The notes beneath the pieces were generated by a model, which was given only the letters and a program-made list of their open reading frames with translations, did not search any database and was not told where the DNA came from. The translations under genes and the position numbers were made by a program. From NCBI RefSeq assembly GCF_018977255.1, contig NW_024704742.1:16432001-16496000 (forward strand): DNA of 64,000 nucleotides. Reading direction: 5' to 3'. Of this stretch, positions 12,201-23,157 are shown one piece after another; position 1 is the stretch's first letter, and each line of letters opens with the position of its first letter. The DNA is from Callorhinchus milii. Its lineage: Eukaryota.

Positions 12201-13459
12201 TTCAGACATAAGTATTATACACCAGAGTGTTAATCCATATTGTGTCTTTGCTCTCTGTAAAACAAGATAAGAACAACCAATTACAAAATAGAAATGTGGC
12301 CATTTTTCATTTAAGACAAATGATTAACTTTAGCAATTTTCACTGTTTTGTTTCTATTTGATGTGCAGGTAAGCATAATTTAATTTTATGATTATTTCAC
12401 GTACAGTGTTTGATCCATTTTGACTCAAATGGATGTTGTGTTTCGTATCCAAATGGTGGCAGTATAATGCAGACAGCAACATTTCCAAATTCGTACAGTT
12501 AAGTACTTACAATGACTACACTATTAATTGTGTTCCTGCTCAGAAAGCTTTTGCTGATCTGGCGGAAGTTAATTTATACCATTGTTCATATGATCATTTT
12601 AAAAATCAGGTTCTGATTTATGGAAAAATTGTACAAACCACATTTTAGCAGAAAACAAAGGCTGTCTGAGTAGGAACCTTTACCTGTAAAATATTCTCAA
12701 TAGAAACTAGTTTTTTTTATATAAAACAATAGATTATACATTTAATCTTATTATTATTCTATGTTAACCATTACACTAATAAATGTTTTTAATGAATTCA
12801 GCTAGATTTCAATTTGAACCATTGCTCTCTGGATTTTATTACACCCCTCATTGAATCCATATATTTTAAGTCCTCATCTAAACGCATAAGACTTGGTTAT
12901 ATTCCATTTACATCATCACCTTTATTTATAGTATTAACTCTGCCACCCATATTCTACTTCATTGTTGCAGCACTATATAACTCGCTTCTCCAGCTGTGAG
13001 TTTCATGCCTGCATATCTCCAGGGTTAGGCCAGTTGGAAGACATGCCTGAAGTTATTAAGCTGTTGTTACCAGGTAACAAAATGCAAATATACGTAATGA
13101 AGAGCATATGGGATTCCTTCACAGAAGTCATCTTGGTATTCGAATAATAATCACTACACTCTGCCTTTTATCTGTAATTTCTGTTGACCTGCTATTAGAT
13201 AGGGGCAGACTTTCACCACATTTCACTGAATATGAAGGAGCTAAAATTCCAGCCAAAGTCATCTATGTTTGGTAATGGTATTCATTAGAATAAGCTGCTC
13301 AAAAATCATACTCATCTAACCGAAAGTCTAGATTGCCAGATAGCATTGATTCATCTCCCTTCTACATAAATGTCTGATCAGCAGAAATCAGGTACATTTT
13401 CCCCATATACAAAATAGATAAAAACATACTGACCATTATATTCCCAGGAAACAAAAGGA

Positions 13460-13720
13460 CCCATGCAATACTGCCTAAAATGTTATGTCCTAAGTTGTAG
13501 ATGAAAATTGATATAGATGAAAATATAGAAAATAGAAGAGTTGAAGTAATGTATTCAACAAGATCAACAAGTCTTAACCAAGAGGACACAGACTCAAAAA
13601 GACAAGTGATTATGTTGAATGCTGATCCATGCAGATGATGAAAGCTGAATGTGTCAGCAAGGTTAAGAAGGAATTAGATAGCTATTTGGTGAAGAAATCA
13701 ATTGACAGGTATTAGATTAT
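13460..13720 (+). mobile_element. Ancient CR1-like RT / 3' fragment
   Basis: Degenerate KFxDD...IQQD segment, and AAGAAGGAATTAGATAGCTATTTG (KKELDSYL) resembling the CR1 ORF2 C-terminus. Confidence 0.45.
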
Positions 13721-14559
13721 TTATTTATTTTTTCCTTTGGTTTAGACAATGGATTTTTCTAGTCCTGTATATTCCAATGACAATGGTCAAAGAAATGGAG
13801 ACTCCTTGACGTGTTTTTGTTTGTCAGCTGTGTGTCTGACACATGAAGAAACCCATTGTCATGCTTAAGAAAATCCAAACCAAACTGAGAGTTCCCTGCA
13901 TCCCCCCAATCCATCAAAATTCCAATGTCTAATAATCAGTGTGTATTCACTAATGTGCAACTAGAGAATTAGATCACCCCCCAAAACACCAGGGACTGCA
14001 GACATATTAACCCATCGATCTCATGCAACAAGGTTGAATACCTGCAATAAAGCCATTGGGGGTATACCATTGTTTTACTAAATTACCAGGGTTGAATGCA
14101 TTGCCCTTTCTCTGCTAGCCCAACAAAAATGAAAATATGTTTCTATAATAATGAAAAACTAGGATACCTACAATTATCCTTTACATCTGGCTACAAGGAA
14201 GTTGATAGTCAATAGCTATTCATAACCCCAACAACAACAAAGTGAGTGACAGCGGCAGATGTAAAGCTTTTATAGAAATTTTATGGTTCTCTATCTCCTG
14301 ATAGACAGACCAAATCCAAATATATTCATTCAAATTTACACACGGCTCCCACTTTAAACTCCTATTAAAGGGATTTATTGCTAGAATGGGTACATCAACA
14401 AATATAAGAAGGCCATTCCAGCTCAGCAGACCGATATACAAGCACAGCTGGCGATTTCAAATTACCAACAATATTACATCTGAGATTAGGCACCAAACCT
14501 GACAACTATGCTGAAACTCAAAAAAGCAAATAATACAGAAAGCCCAAATAAAAATGACA

Positions 14560-15120
14560 TACAAAGTTACAACACAGAAACAGGCCATTTCATCCACCTG
14601 GTATGTGCCAATGTTTATACTCCATACGAGTCTCCGCCTCCCAATCCCCTCTTTCTTCTTCATGTTGCATTAAGTTTGTTCTTAAATACATTGATACTTT
14701 TTGTTTCAACCTAGCTTCCAGCAATGGATTTCACATTCCTACTACCCTCTGTGTAAAACAGGGTTCTCCCTCTTTTAGATTTGCTGCTGGCTATCTTATA
14801 TTTATCTCTCCTTGTTTTGAATTCATTAACAGATGGAAACAACCTAGTAACATCCACCTTATCAAATATTTTCATTATCTTAAACACCTAATCAGGACCC
14901 CACTCAAATGTCTCATCTCCAGAGAGACAAGCTCTAAACCGATGAATGCTACAATATGCTGTCAGTTGTAAGACAAGTGGAATTGCAGAAGGTACTTCAA
15001 ATGTGCTCCATCCAAAGTTTATATGAATTTAACATTACTTCCCTACTTTTGTACACTGTTGCTCTGGACGTAAAGTCAAGGGCTCTATTTGCATACTTTT
15101 TGGCCTTGGCCACCTGAGCT
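14560..15120 (-). mobile_element. Old CR1 3' fragment
   Basis: The reverse complement contains ACACAGAGGGTAGTAGGAATGTGAAAT (TQRVVGM.N) and a CR1-type 3' UTR (AATGGCCTGTTTCTGTG). Confidence 0.65.
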
Positions 15121-15179
15121 GGGGAACTAATATAGTAAATAAAACATGTAAAAACTAAATTAATGTCAAAGCATATTCA

Positions 15180-15482
15180 TCTTGCAAGCGAGAGGACCCG
15201 GGTTCAATTCCTGGGCAGGGCAAAACCTTAGGTAAGTTTTCTTATTCCACATACCTCAGTTTACCAAGCAGTAGATAGAAACTGATTGGTGGATTACTTT
15301 TACTGGGGGTAATAATCCCTTAAAAAAATGTGGTTGTTTTGCCTACAAAATATATAGTCAATTCACTTTACAGTAATATTCTGTGAAATACGTTGGGATG
15401 TCTCAACGATATGATAATAAATAATAAAAATCCTTGCTTTTGATATATCACTTTTCACGTCTTCGAGGCGTCTCAAAGCGCA
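15180..15482. mobile_element. Internally deleted family A SINE (+) joined tail-to-tail with a SINE 3' tail (-)
   Basis: GGGTTCAATTCC B box near 15200, a central deletion, then an inverted tail ATCCTTGCTTTTGATATATC...TCTCAAAGCG. Confidence 0.8.
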
Positions 15483-18473
15483 AATTCCATCATTAATATT
15501 ATTATTTTTATATATTGAAGACGTCTGCATCATACCATCAAATAAATTGCAGAGTAAATGAGTTACATCCTGAGTTGTAGATGAAAATTGATATGCATGA
15601 AAATACATAAACTAGAAGAGTTAAAGCACAAAATGCACCAGTCAACTTAAAGATGTAATCTGGCAAATATTATCTGTTACCTAAGGATTATTACCGAAAT
15701 ATTACCTAAGGATAGTGGAAGTTTTACAAACACATCAGAAAGTGGAAGTCACCCCAAAATAAACAAGTACTTTTTCTGACTAACTAGTACAGGATATTAA
15801 GCATTTGAAACTAACCTTCTCCCAAAAGGTCGTCAAGGGGATGAAAAAGGATGGATTTATCTTATACTGACAAATACATGTTTATCACCGATGTGGAACA
15901 TGCTCTGTTATTTTATGCCAGATTAAATGAGTGGAGGTGGAACAGTAAGAACCTTAAGCTTTGTCTAGACTTCCTTCAGTTGCTTCAAACCAGGCATTTC
16001 TCAGGAACAACTTAATCCTGATGGATCAACAAGAACAACAACAATTTTACATTTGTACACACCAGGAGGATGTCTCAAAGCTCTGAGCAGAACTGACTGA
16101 GAGCCTGAGCTAGGGTTGGTGGAGCTGAGGAAGGTAGGAGCACAGGAGGAAAGATGACCAAAAGTGTAGTTGAAAATTCTTAGGGTGTATTTTAAAGGTG
16201 GGGAAGGAGGGGTGAGATGGAATTCTCACAAATATAATGGGGTGAAGCCATTGAGGGATTTGAACACAGGACAAGGTGTTGAATTCAATCCATTGGTTCA
16301 TGGGAATGGCTGGGAATGTAAAAGAGAATAATCACAGAATATTACTGTAAAGTGAATTGACTATATATTTTGTAGGCAAAACAACCACATTTTTTTAAAA
16401 TGTTGTAAAGTTCATTGGATGAAACTCATTCCCAAAAAATGACCATAGTTAATCGTTATATAATACAGCCCAACAATTGTCGAACAAAATCAGCATAGAA
16501 GTGGTGACCACAGGTCACAGAGGGCATACACAAACTAGTTCCAAAAGCCCAAAGTGAAGGCTAATGATTTTCCTCAAATTCTGATGGGATCAGATCCATA
16601 TCACTGATTGCTACAGTTTGAATTGAAAGTCCTACACAAACAGCAACAATTTAGAGGCTGTAGTCAATGGTTGATGAATTAATCAATTTCAACCTCGGTA
16701 AAGTTCAATCGGCTAACAGAAACATTCAAGATATCCATGAGTGGCAAGATCCTAATGAAGGCTGTCCAGATCAAGTTAAAGTTTTACCCTCCCAAATGTA
16801 ACTACAATCAATACATGTGATACAATGCTGTACACACCACAATGGATTGCTCTTCATTACAGGTTGTTGGAATCTGCTGCCAAACAAATAGCTTATCAGC
16901 TTGTGCTGCCCATAACATGAGGGACGTGCTTGAAAAGCGACCATAGTTGTCAGTTAAAGGATCTTAGAAAGTGCACAAATTCTATTACTGGAATGGATGC
17001 AGGCAATACACGGATAGGTAATAGAACAACAACAACAAATTGCATTTTTTTAATTGCCTTTCATGTTGGGAGGATATCCCAAAGCACTGGACACCTGACC
17101 TGGGGGTTGGATTCAAGAGGGAAGAGACTAAGAGTGAAACCAGGCAACGTCAGATCAGTAAAAGTGGAGCTAAGAGGAAAGCCGGTGGAGAAGAATAGCG
17201 TGGTTAACAGTGTCAAAAGTGGCAGAGAGATCAAGAAGGATAAGGAGGCAAAAGGCTTGTATCCAAGAAAAAACTCACTATTCAATGCATGTTCCTTCCA
17301 GTGGCTTATACATACAAACATGCCTAGAAAGAGCTACAAGAAATGTTTCAGCTCCTCTGCTAAGGCTAACACAGATGACATGAATAGATAGTATTATAAT
17401 TTTATTTATGTACAGAATACAGTGGTTCAAGTGTTAAAGTTGGTCTCTAAAAATATAATCATATTCCACCTGACAATCATCATTCCACCTGACCCATTAA
17501 GGCATGCAGTAAATGTAATTATCGTTTCAGTTAATTACATAATTGGTCCATACACAAATAAAATAAACTGATGGGATAATTTTATGACCACTGATTTATA
17601 AAGGTAATGGAGAGAAATGCATGTGCTGTGATAATTACATATTGCAAATTTCTTCCACTTATACAGACTATACAACTAAATGCTTGAGAATTTCTGCTCC
17701 AAAGTATGCAGATTTAATTTAATTTAATTTAATTTAATTTGTTAACAGAGAGACAAGGTGGAAGATAGATATACCTTCACTCACTGCAATGGTTCTGCAT
17801 TCCGGAGGTGTCGAACGCTTTAGTGACTTTGAGAAGCAACATTTACCATCAACTTCTTACATACTACTGACAACTTTCTCCCATCATTTTCTTCACTCTC
17901 GGCGAGTCTGATATAGGTTAAATCTGCACTTTTCAGGAGATTTCTCAGCTGCAGAAATTTGCAAGGTCTTTAACAAGGTCAGTTAGCTTTTATTCTCAGT
18001 GATTATTTTTCACTCTAAGAATGAGTGACAGGAATTACCGGAATAGGGCTTAGCAGTGGTTTACGTTCTCTCAATATTATGTGCTTGTTTAAATACATCT
18101 ATGATGTCACTTTATCACAAGACCATAAGAACATAAGAATTAGGAGCAGGAGTAGGCCATTCGGCCCTTCGTGCCTGCTCTGCCATTCAATAAGATCATG
18201 GCTGATCTTCTCACCTATCTCTGATTACCTGCCCTATCCCCATATCCCCTAATCCCTCTATTTTTCAAGAATCTATCAGTCTCAGCCTTGACAATGTTCA
18301 AGGACTGAGCATCTACAGCCTTCTGGGGTAGTGAATTCCATAAGTTCACTACCCTCTGAGTGAAGAAATGTTTCCTCAACTCTGTTCTAAGAGGCTGACC
18401 CTTAATTTTAAGACTGTGACCCCTGGTTATAGATTCTCCTACCAGGGGAAACAGACCCTCAGTGTCTACTTTA

Positions 18474-21146
18474 TCAGCCCTTTAAGAATCTTATAAGTTT
18501 CAATAAGATCCCCCTAATTCTTCTGTACTCTAGAGAATACAGCCCTAGTTTATTCAGCCTATCCTCATAGGTCAGTCCCCTCATCCCAGGAACTAACCGA
18601 GTGAATCTACGCTGCACCCCCTCCAGGGCAAGTATGTCCTTTTTTAAATAAGGAGACCAAAACTGCACACAATACTCTAGGTGCGGTCTCACCAAAGCCC
18701 TATACAGTTGCAGCAAGACTTCCCTACTCTTATATTCTAAACCTTTCGAAATGAACGCTAACATGCCGTTCGCCTTCTTAGTTGCTTGCTGCACCTGCAA
18801 ACTAACTTTTTGGGACTGGTGTACAAGGACACCCAAATCCCTTTGAATACTAACACTATCTAACTTTTCCCCTTCCAGAAAATAATCTGTTCTTTTATTC
18901 TTGCTACCTAGGTGAATAATTTCACACTTGCTAACATTGAATTCCATCTGCCACCTACTCGCCCACTCCCCGAGCCTATCTATATCTTGTTGCAATCTTT
19001 TTGCATCATCCTGAGAGCTCACTCTGCTACCTAGTTTAGTATCATCCGCGAATTTAGACACATTACATTCAATGTCCTCGTCCAGATCATTGATGTAAAT
19101 GGTAAATAGCTGAGGCCCAAGCACTGATCCTTGTGGCACTCCACTAGTTACATCCTGCCAATTCGAGAATGATCCGTTTATCACTACTCTCTGCTTTCTA
19201 CCCGATAGCCACTCTTCTATCCATGTTAATATTTTCCCATTAATCCCGTGGGCCTTGATCTTGAGTAACAGCCTTTTGTGTGGCACCTTGTCAAATGCCT
19301 TCCTAAAATCCAAATATACCACATCTACTGGTTCCCCCTTATCCAACCTGCTGGATACATCCTCAAAAAATTCTAAAAGGTTAGTCAAGCATGACTTCCC
19401 TTTTGTAAAGCCATGTTGACTCTGCCTAATCTTTTTATGGTCTTCCAGGTATCCCATAACTACGTCTTTTATTAAGGACTCAAGAATTTTCCCTACAACT
19501 GACGTCAAACTAACTGGTCTATAGTTTTCCCTATTTTCTCTCCCACCCTTCTTAAATAGTGGAGTTACGTTTGCAATCTTCCAATCAATGGGAACTTTTC
19601 CAGTATCCACAGACTTTTGGAAGATTATAGACATGCCATCCACTATCTCAGTAGCCACCTCCTTTAAAACTCTCGGATGCAGGCCATCCGGTCCAGGGGA
19701 TTTATCGGTTTTAAGACCCGACAATTTACCTAGAACCATCTCTTTACTAATGTTAATCTCCCTAAGTTGCTCGCTAACATTGTCTTCTTGGTCCTCTATT
19801 TTTGGTATGTTTCCAGTGTCTTCTACGGTGAAGACTGTAGAAAAATACTTGTTTAATGACTCTGCCATGTCTTTGTCCCCTATTATAATTCCTCCGGTCT
19901 CTGCCTGTAATGGACCCACATTCACCCTCGCTAGCCTTTTCCTCTTTATATATTTGTAAAAACTCTTGGAGTCTGTTTTTATGTTCTTTGCTAGTTTGCC
20001 CTCGTAATCTATTTTCTCCCTCTTGATCAATTTTTTGGTCCTCCTCTGTTGTTCCCTAAAGTTCTCCCAATCCTCGGGTTTACTACTCATCTTCGCTGTT
20101 TTATAGGCTTTTTCTTTTGATTTGATACTTTCCCTAACTGCTCTAGTTAGCCATGGCTGCACCACCTTTCCCATGGCATTCTTATTCCTCAAAGGAATAT
20201 GTGCTCGTTGGGAATTTTGCACTATCTCCTTGAATGTCTGCCATTGCTGGTCTACCGTCAAATCTTTAAGTTTAGTCTCCCAGTTTATTCTGGCTAAATC
20301 CTCTCTCATACCAGCAAAGTTGGCTCGATTTAAATTGAAGACTTTTGCTTCAGACTTAACTACTTCCCTCTCTAACTTAACGCTAAATTCCATCATATTA
20401 TGATCGCTTTGCCCTAGAGGAGCCTTAAGTTCCAGTTTGCTGATCAGCCCTGTTTCATTACACAAAACAAGGTCTAATATGGCTTGTTCCCTGGTCGGCT
20501 CCTCAGCATATTGATCTAGAAAATTATCTCTAATACATTCTATAAACTCCTCTTCTATGTTACCTTTCCCAATTTGGTTGTCCCAGTCTATGTGCAGGTT
20601 AAAATCACCCACAATTAGTGTCTTTCCTTTGCTACATGCTCCACTAATCTCTTGATTTATACCTTGAGCGATACTTTGACCACTGTTTGGGGGTCTATAA
20701 ACTACTCCCACTATAGTTTTCTGCCCCTTGAAGTTACGTATCTCTACCCATACTGACTCTACATCTTGCTTTTCAGATTTAAAATCTTTCCTCTCTACTG
20801 TTTTTATCCCATCCTTTATTAGCAGGGCCACTCCCCCTCCTCGTTTACCACATCGCCTATCTTTCCTATATACCACGTAGCCGGGAATATTCAGTTCCCA
20901 TCCCTGATCACCCTGTAACCATGTCTCGGTGATGGCTACTAGATCATACCGGTTTGTCTCTATTTGTGCAACTAATTCATCTATCTTGTTACGAATGCTT
21001 CGTGCATTCAGATATAGCGCCCTTAATTCTGACTTCCGGCTATTAACCCTATTCACCAGCACTCTATCACTGTACTTCCTTTCCCTGCTTGACACACTTT
21101 GCTCTTCTCCCTTGTTAATCTGCTCTCTTGCTTTTGTTGATCTCAA
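18474..21146 (-). CDS. CR1 ORF2: APE endonuclease + reverse transcriptase (890-codon open frame; true C-terminus at the 18215 stop after two 1-bp deletions)
   Basis: EN motifs LYLNARS, ITETWL, GDFN and SDHN. RT motifs NYRPVSLTS, YLDFRKAFDKVPH, GVPQGSVLGP and FADD. The track start is a TTG codon, not ATG. Confidence 0.95.
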   Translation of the reverse strand: MRSTKAREQINKGEEQSVSSRERKYSDRVLVNRVNSRKSELRALYLNARSIRNKIDELVAQIETNRYDLVAITETWLQGDQGWELNIPGYVVYRKDRRCGKRGGGVALLIKDGIKTVERKDFKSEKQDVESVWVEIRNFKGQKTIVGVVYRPPNSGQSIAQGINQEISGACSKGKTLIVGDFNLHIDWDNQIGKGNIEEEFIECIRDNFLDQYAEEPTREQAILDLVLCNETGLISKLELKAPLGQSDHNMMEFSVKLEREVVKSEAKVFNLNRANFAGMREDLARINWETKLKDLTVDQQWQTFKEIVQNSQRAHIPLRNKNAMGKVVQPWLTRAVRESIKSKEKAYKTAKMSSKPEDWENFREQQRRTKKLIKREKIDYEGKLAKNIKTDSKSFYKYIKRKRLARVNVGPLQAETGGIIIGDKDMAESLNKYFSTVFTVEDTGNIPKIEDQEDNVSEQLREINISKEMVLGKLSGLKTDKSPGPDGLHPRVLKEVATEIVDGMSIIFQKSVDTGKVPIDWKIANVTPLFKKGGRENRENYRPVSLTSVVGKILESLIKDVVMGYLEDHKKIRQSQHGFTKGKSCLTNLLEFFEDVSSRLDKGEPVDVVYLDFRKAFDKVPHKRLLLKIKAHGINGKILTWIEEWLSGRKQRVVINGSFSNWQDVTSGVPQGSVLGPQLFTIYINDLDEDIECNVSKFADDTKLGSRVSSQDDAKRLQQDIDRLGEWASRWQMEFNVSKCEIIHLGSKNKRTDYFLEGEKLDSVSIQRDLGVLVHQSQKVSLQVQQATKKANGMLAFISKGLEYKSREVLLQLYRALVRPHLEYCVQFWSPYLKKDILALEGVQRRFTRLVPGMRGLTYEDRLNKLGLYSLEYRRIRGILLKLIRFLKG

Positions 21147-21195
21147 GTTTAACTGTGGTGGACTATACTTTACTATGTTTTTACCTCCCCCCCCC

Positions 21196-21873
21196 TTAGT
21201 AGTTTAAAGCCCTTTCTACCTCCCTATTTATTCGCGTAGCCAGGACATTTGTCCCAGCCCTATTTAGGTGGAGCCCATTCCTTTGGAAAAGCTCCCATCT
21301 TCCCCAATACTCGTGCCAGTGGCCCATGAATTGGAATTCCTGCTCTCCGCACCACTCTTTTAGCCAGGCATTCAGATCTATGATCTTCTTTTGCCTGTAC
21401 CAATTAGCTTCTGGCTCAGGTAACAGTCCCGATATCATCACTTTGGAAGTTCTATTCCTTAGTTTAATTCCCAATTCCCGGAACTCGCTCCTTAACTCGT
21501 CCCTACTGGTCCTACCAATGTCATTGGTCCCTATATGTACCATTACGATTGGATCCTCTCCCTCATGCCTCAAATTTATCTCCAGCCCGGCGGTGACATC
21601 CTTCACCCTGGCCCCAGGAAGGCAACAGAGTCTTCTTGTCTCCCTGCTACGGCTACAGAAAACTGTATCAGTCCTCCCGACTGTCTCATCCCCAATAAGA
21701 ATTAAATTTTTAACCTCCTGCACAGGGGTGTTGGGGTCAGTTTGCCCGTATTCCTCGCAGATTTCCTTGTCCACACAGGTTGCCAATATTTCATACCTGT
21801 CAGATAAGGCTAAAGTCTGGGATTCTTCAGCCCCTCTCTTTCGGGAACGCTTGCCTGCCCGCCTGACTGTCAC
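21196..21873 (-). CDS. CR1 ORF1 C-terminal part, SGNH/GDSL esterase-like domain
   Basis: SGNH-like blocks IGDE, CLPGA, HIGTND and NGLHL, ending RALNY*. The frame continues upstream to about 21975. Confidence 0.9.
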   Translation of the reverse strand: MTVRRAGKRSRKRGAEESQTLALSDRYEILATCVDKEICEEYGQTDPNTPVQEVKNLILIGDETVGRTDTVFCSRSRETRRLCCLPGARVKDVTAGLEINLRHEGEDPIVMVHIGTNDIGRTSRDELRSEFRELGIKLRNRTSKVMISGLLPEPEANWYRQKKIIDLNAWLKEWCGEQEFQFMGHWHEYWGRWELFQRNGLHLNRAGTNVLATRINREVERALNY

Positions 21874-22687
21874 CCAGTCATGTCCGTCACTGCTACATTC
21901 TTCTTCCTTGGGACTCAGGGGAGTGTCCGGCTCCAGGATAAAGCTGTCCAGGAAGTTTTCTCCATCCCTAATTGAATGATTTTGGGACGAATTGAAACTC
22001 TGACGCTACCCACAACACAATACTTGAAGGTATTCAATCCATCATTACAAGGCCTAATGCAGCACCATGCAATACGAGGGTGTTTTTTGCATTGCATATA
22101 TCAACACTGAAAATGTAATTCCTACTTACAGACAACTGTTTGCTTCTTCACATAGATGTTTATAATTCTAAAGGATGTTGAGCAACCTGTCGTTCAGTGT
22201 ACCAAAATCAGACAGTAATTTAGCAAACCTCCTGGACCTTTTCCTCACGTCTATTCAAACTAATAAATTATATCAGTTTCCTTATCATTGAATTCTTGTT
22301 TCCACTGTTTTAGATCTGCACCTTGCAGAGTAACTTGCAACAAATCATATCCAGTCAATGTGTCAGACACTTCAAATCAACTTAGTGGAGATAGTTTTAA
22401 GAGACTTCTCTTCTCTGCTCCAAATGCTGCTACTTATCCTTTGATCCTCCTTGTCAATACTATTAAATTGACTGATGCTATTCTAAGTGACAAGAAACGT
22501 TTCACACTGAACTCTACCTTGCCCAGCAGTCTGGGCATTACATTTTAGTTCAATCCCACCTGCCATTCTGTATCTTCATAAAAATGCTGCCTATTGTATC
22601 TGGCAAATCAACTATACTGAGCCAAACCAACTTAATCTCTGATCATAATCATCTTTGTAAGTCCACGATTAAATAATTTTGTTAAAT

Positions 22688-23157
22688 AATTCTTGCATTT
22701 GATATAGAGCCTCATTACATCATTGGAATGTCTCAAAGTGCTTCACAGGATATACTCTGAAGTCCTCCCGAAGTGAAAAGCACTATACAAATGTAATTTT
22801 GTTGATGTTGTTTGTGGTAAAGTGGATTGACTGTGCATTGTGCGCGAAACGTGGCAGCCAGTTGAGCAGAACAATGTTCCACAAACAGCCATGGAGTAAG
22901 TGACCAATGATATTTTGAGGGATTGTTGATCAGGACACTGGGAGAAACTCCCTTCTCTTTTCAAATAATGGCAAGTTCTTGTTGGAAAGAATAATTATTT
23001 TGTCTTTCTTACTTCCAGCAGTATTTCTTTCTGGTTCCTTACAAAAACAAATGTTGTCTTATAAAGCAGCTTTTTCCTTTGAAACTCTTCTTCATCCTAG
23101 TTGCTACTTATTTTAAAGGGTTCATCAGCCATTCATCCTTTCAGATTAAGAATTTTT
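22688..23157 (-). mobile_element. Deu-SINE 3' half plus the same ~190 bp insert as at 10291-10480; contains a small L2 tail insertion near 22760-22812
   Basis: The reverse complement aligns with 10291-10700. Confidence 0.85.

Larger units (their letters stand above)
18116..21975 (-). mobile_element. Near-intact CR1 LINE (5'-truncated in ORF1)
   Basis: ORF1 esterase, then ORF2 EN/RT, then a 3' UTR ending in an (TTCTTATG)n octamer tail at about 18116-18140. Confidence 0.97.

Noticed and set aside
13490..15625. Apparent ~55 bp direct repeat (AGTTGTAGATGAAAATTGATAT) 2.1 kb apart, possible LTR pair
   Set aside because: Both look like decayed CR1 KFADD-region fragments. There are no TG..CA ends, PBS or internal retroviral ORFs.
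13023..17977. Possible plus-strand exons 13023-13073 (LGQLEDMPEVIKLLLP) and 17937-17977 (GDFSAAEICKVFNK)
   Set aside because: The splice signals are plausible and the phases join, but there is no recognisable protein and no further exons. They also conflict with the equally weak minus-strand chain.
19588..21979. Plus-strand ORFs of 92-217 aa
   Set aside because: They are antisense shadows of CR1 ORF1/ORF2.
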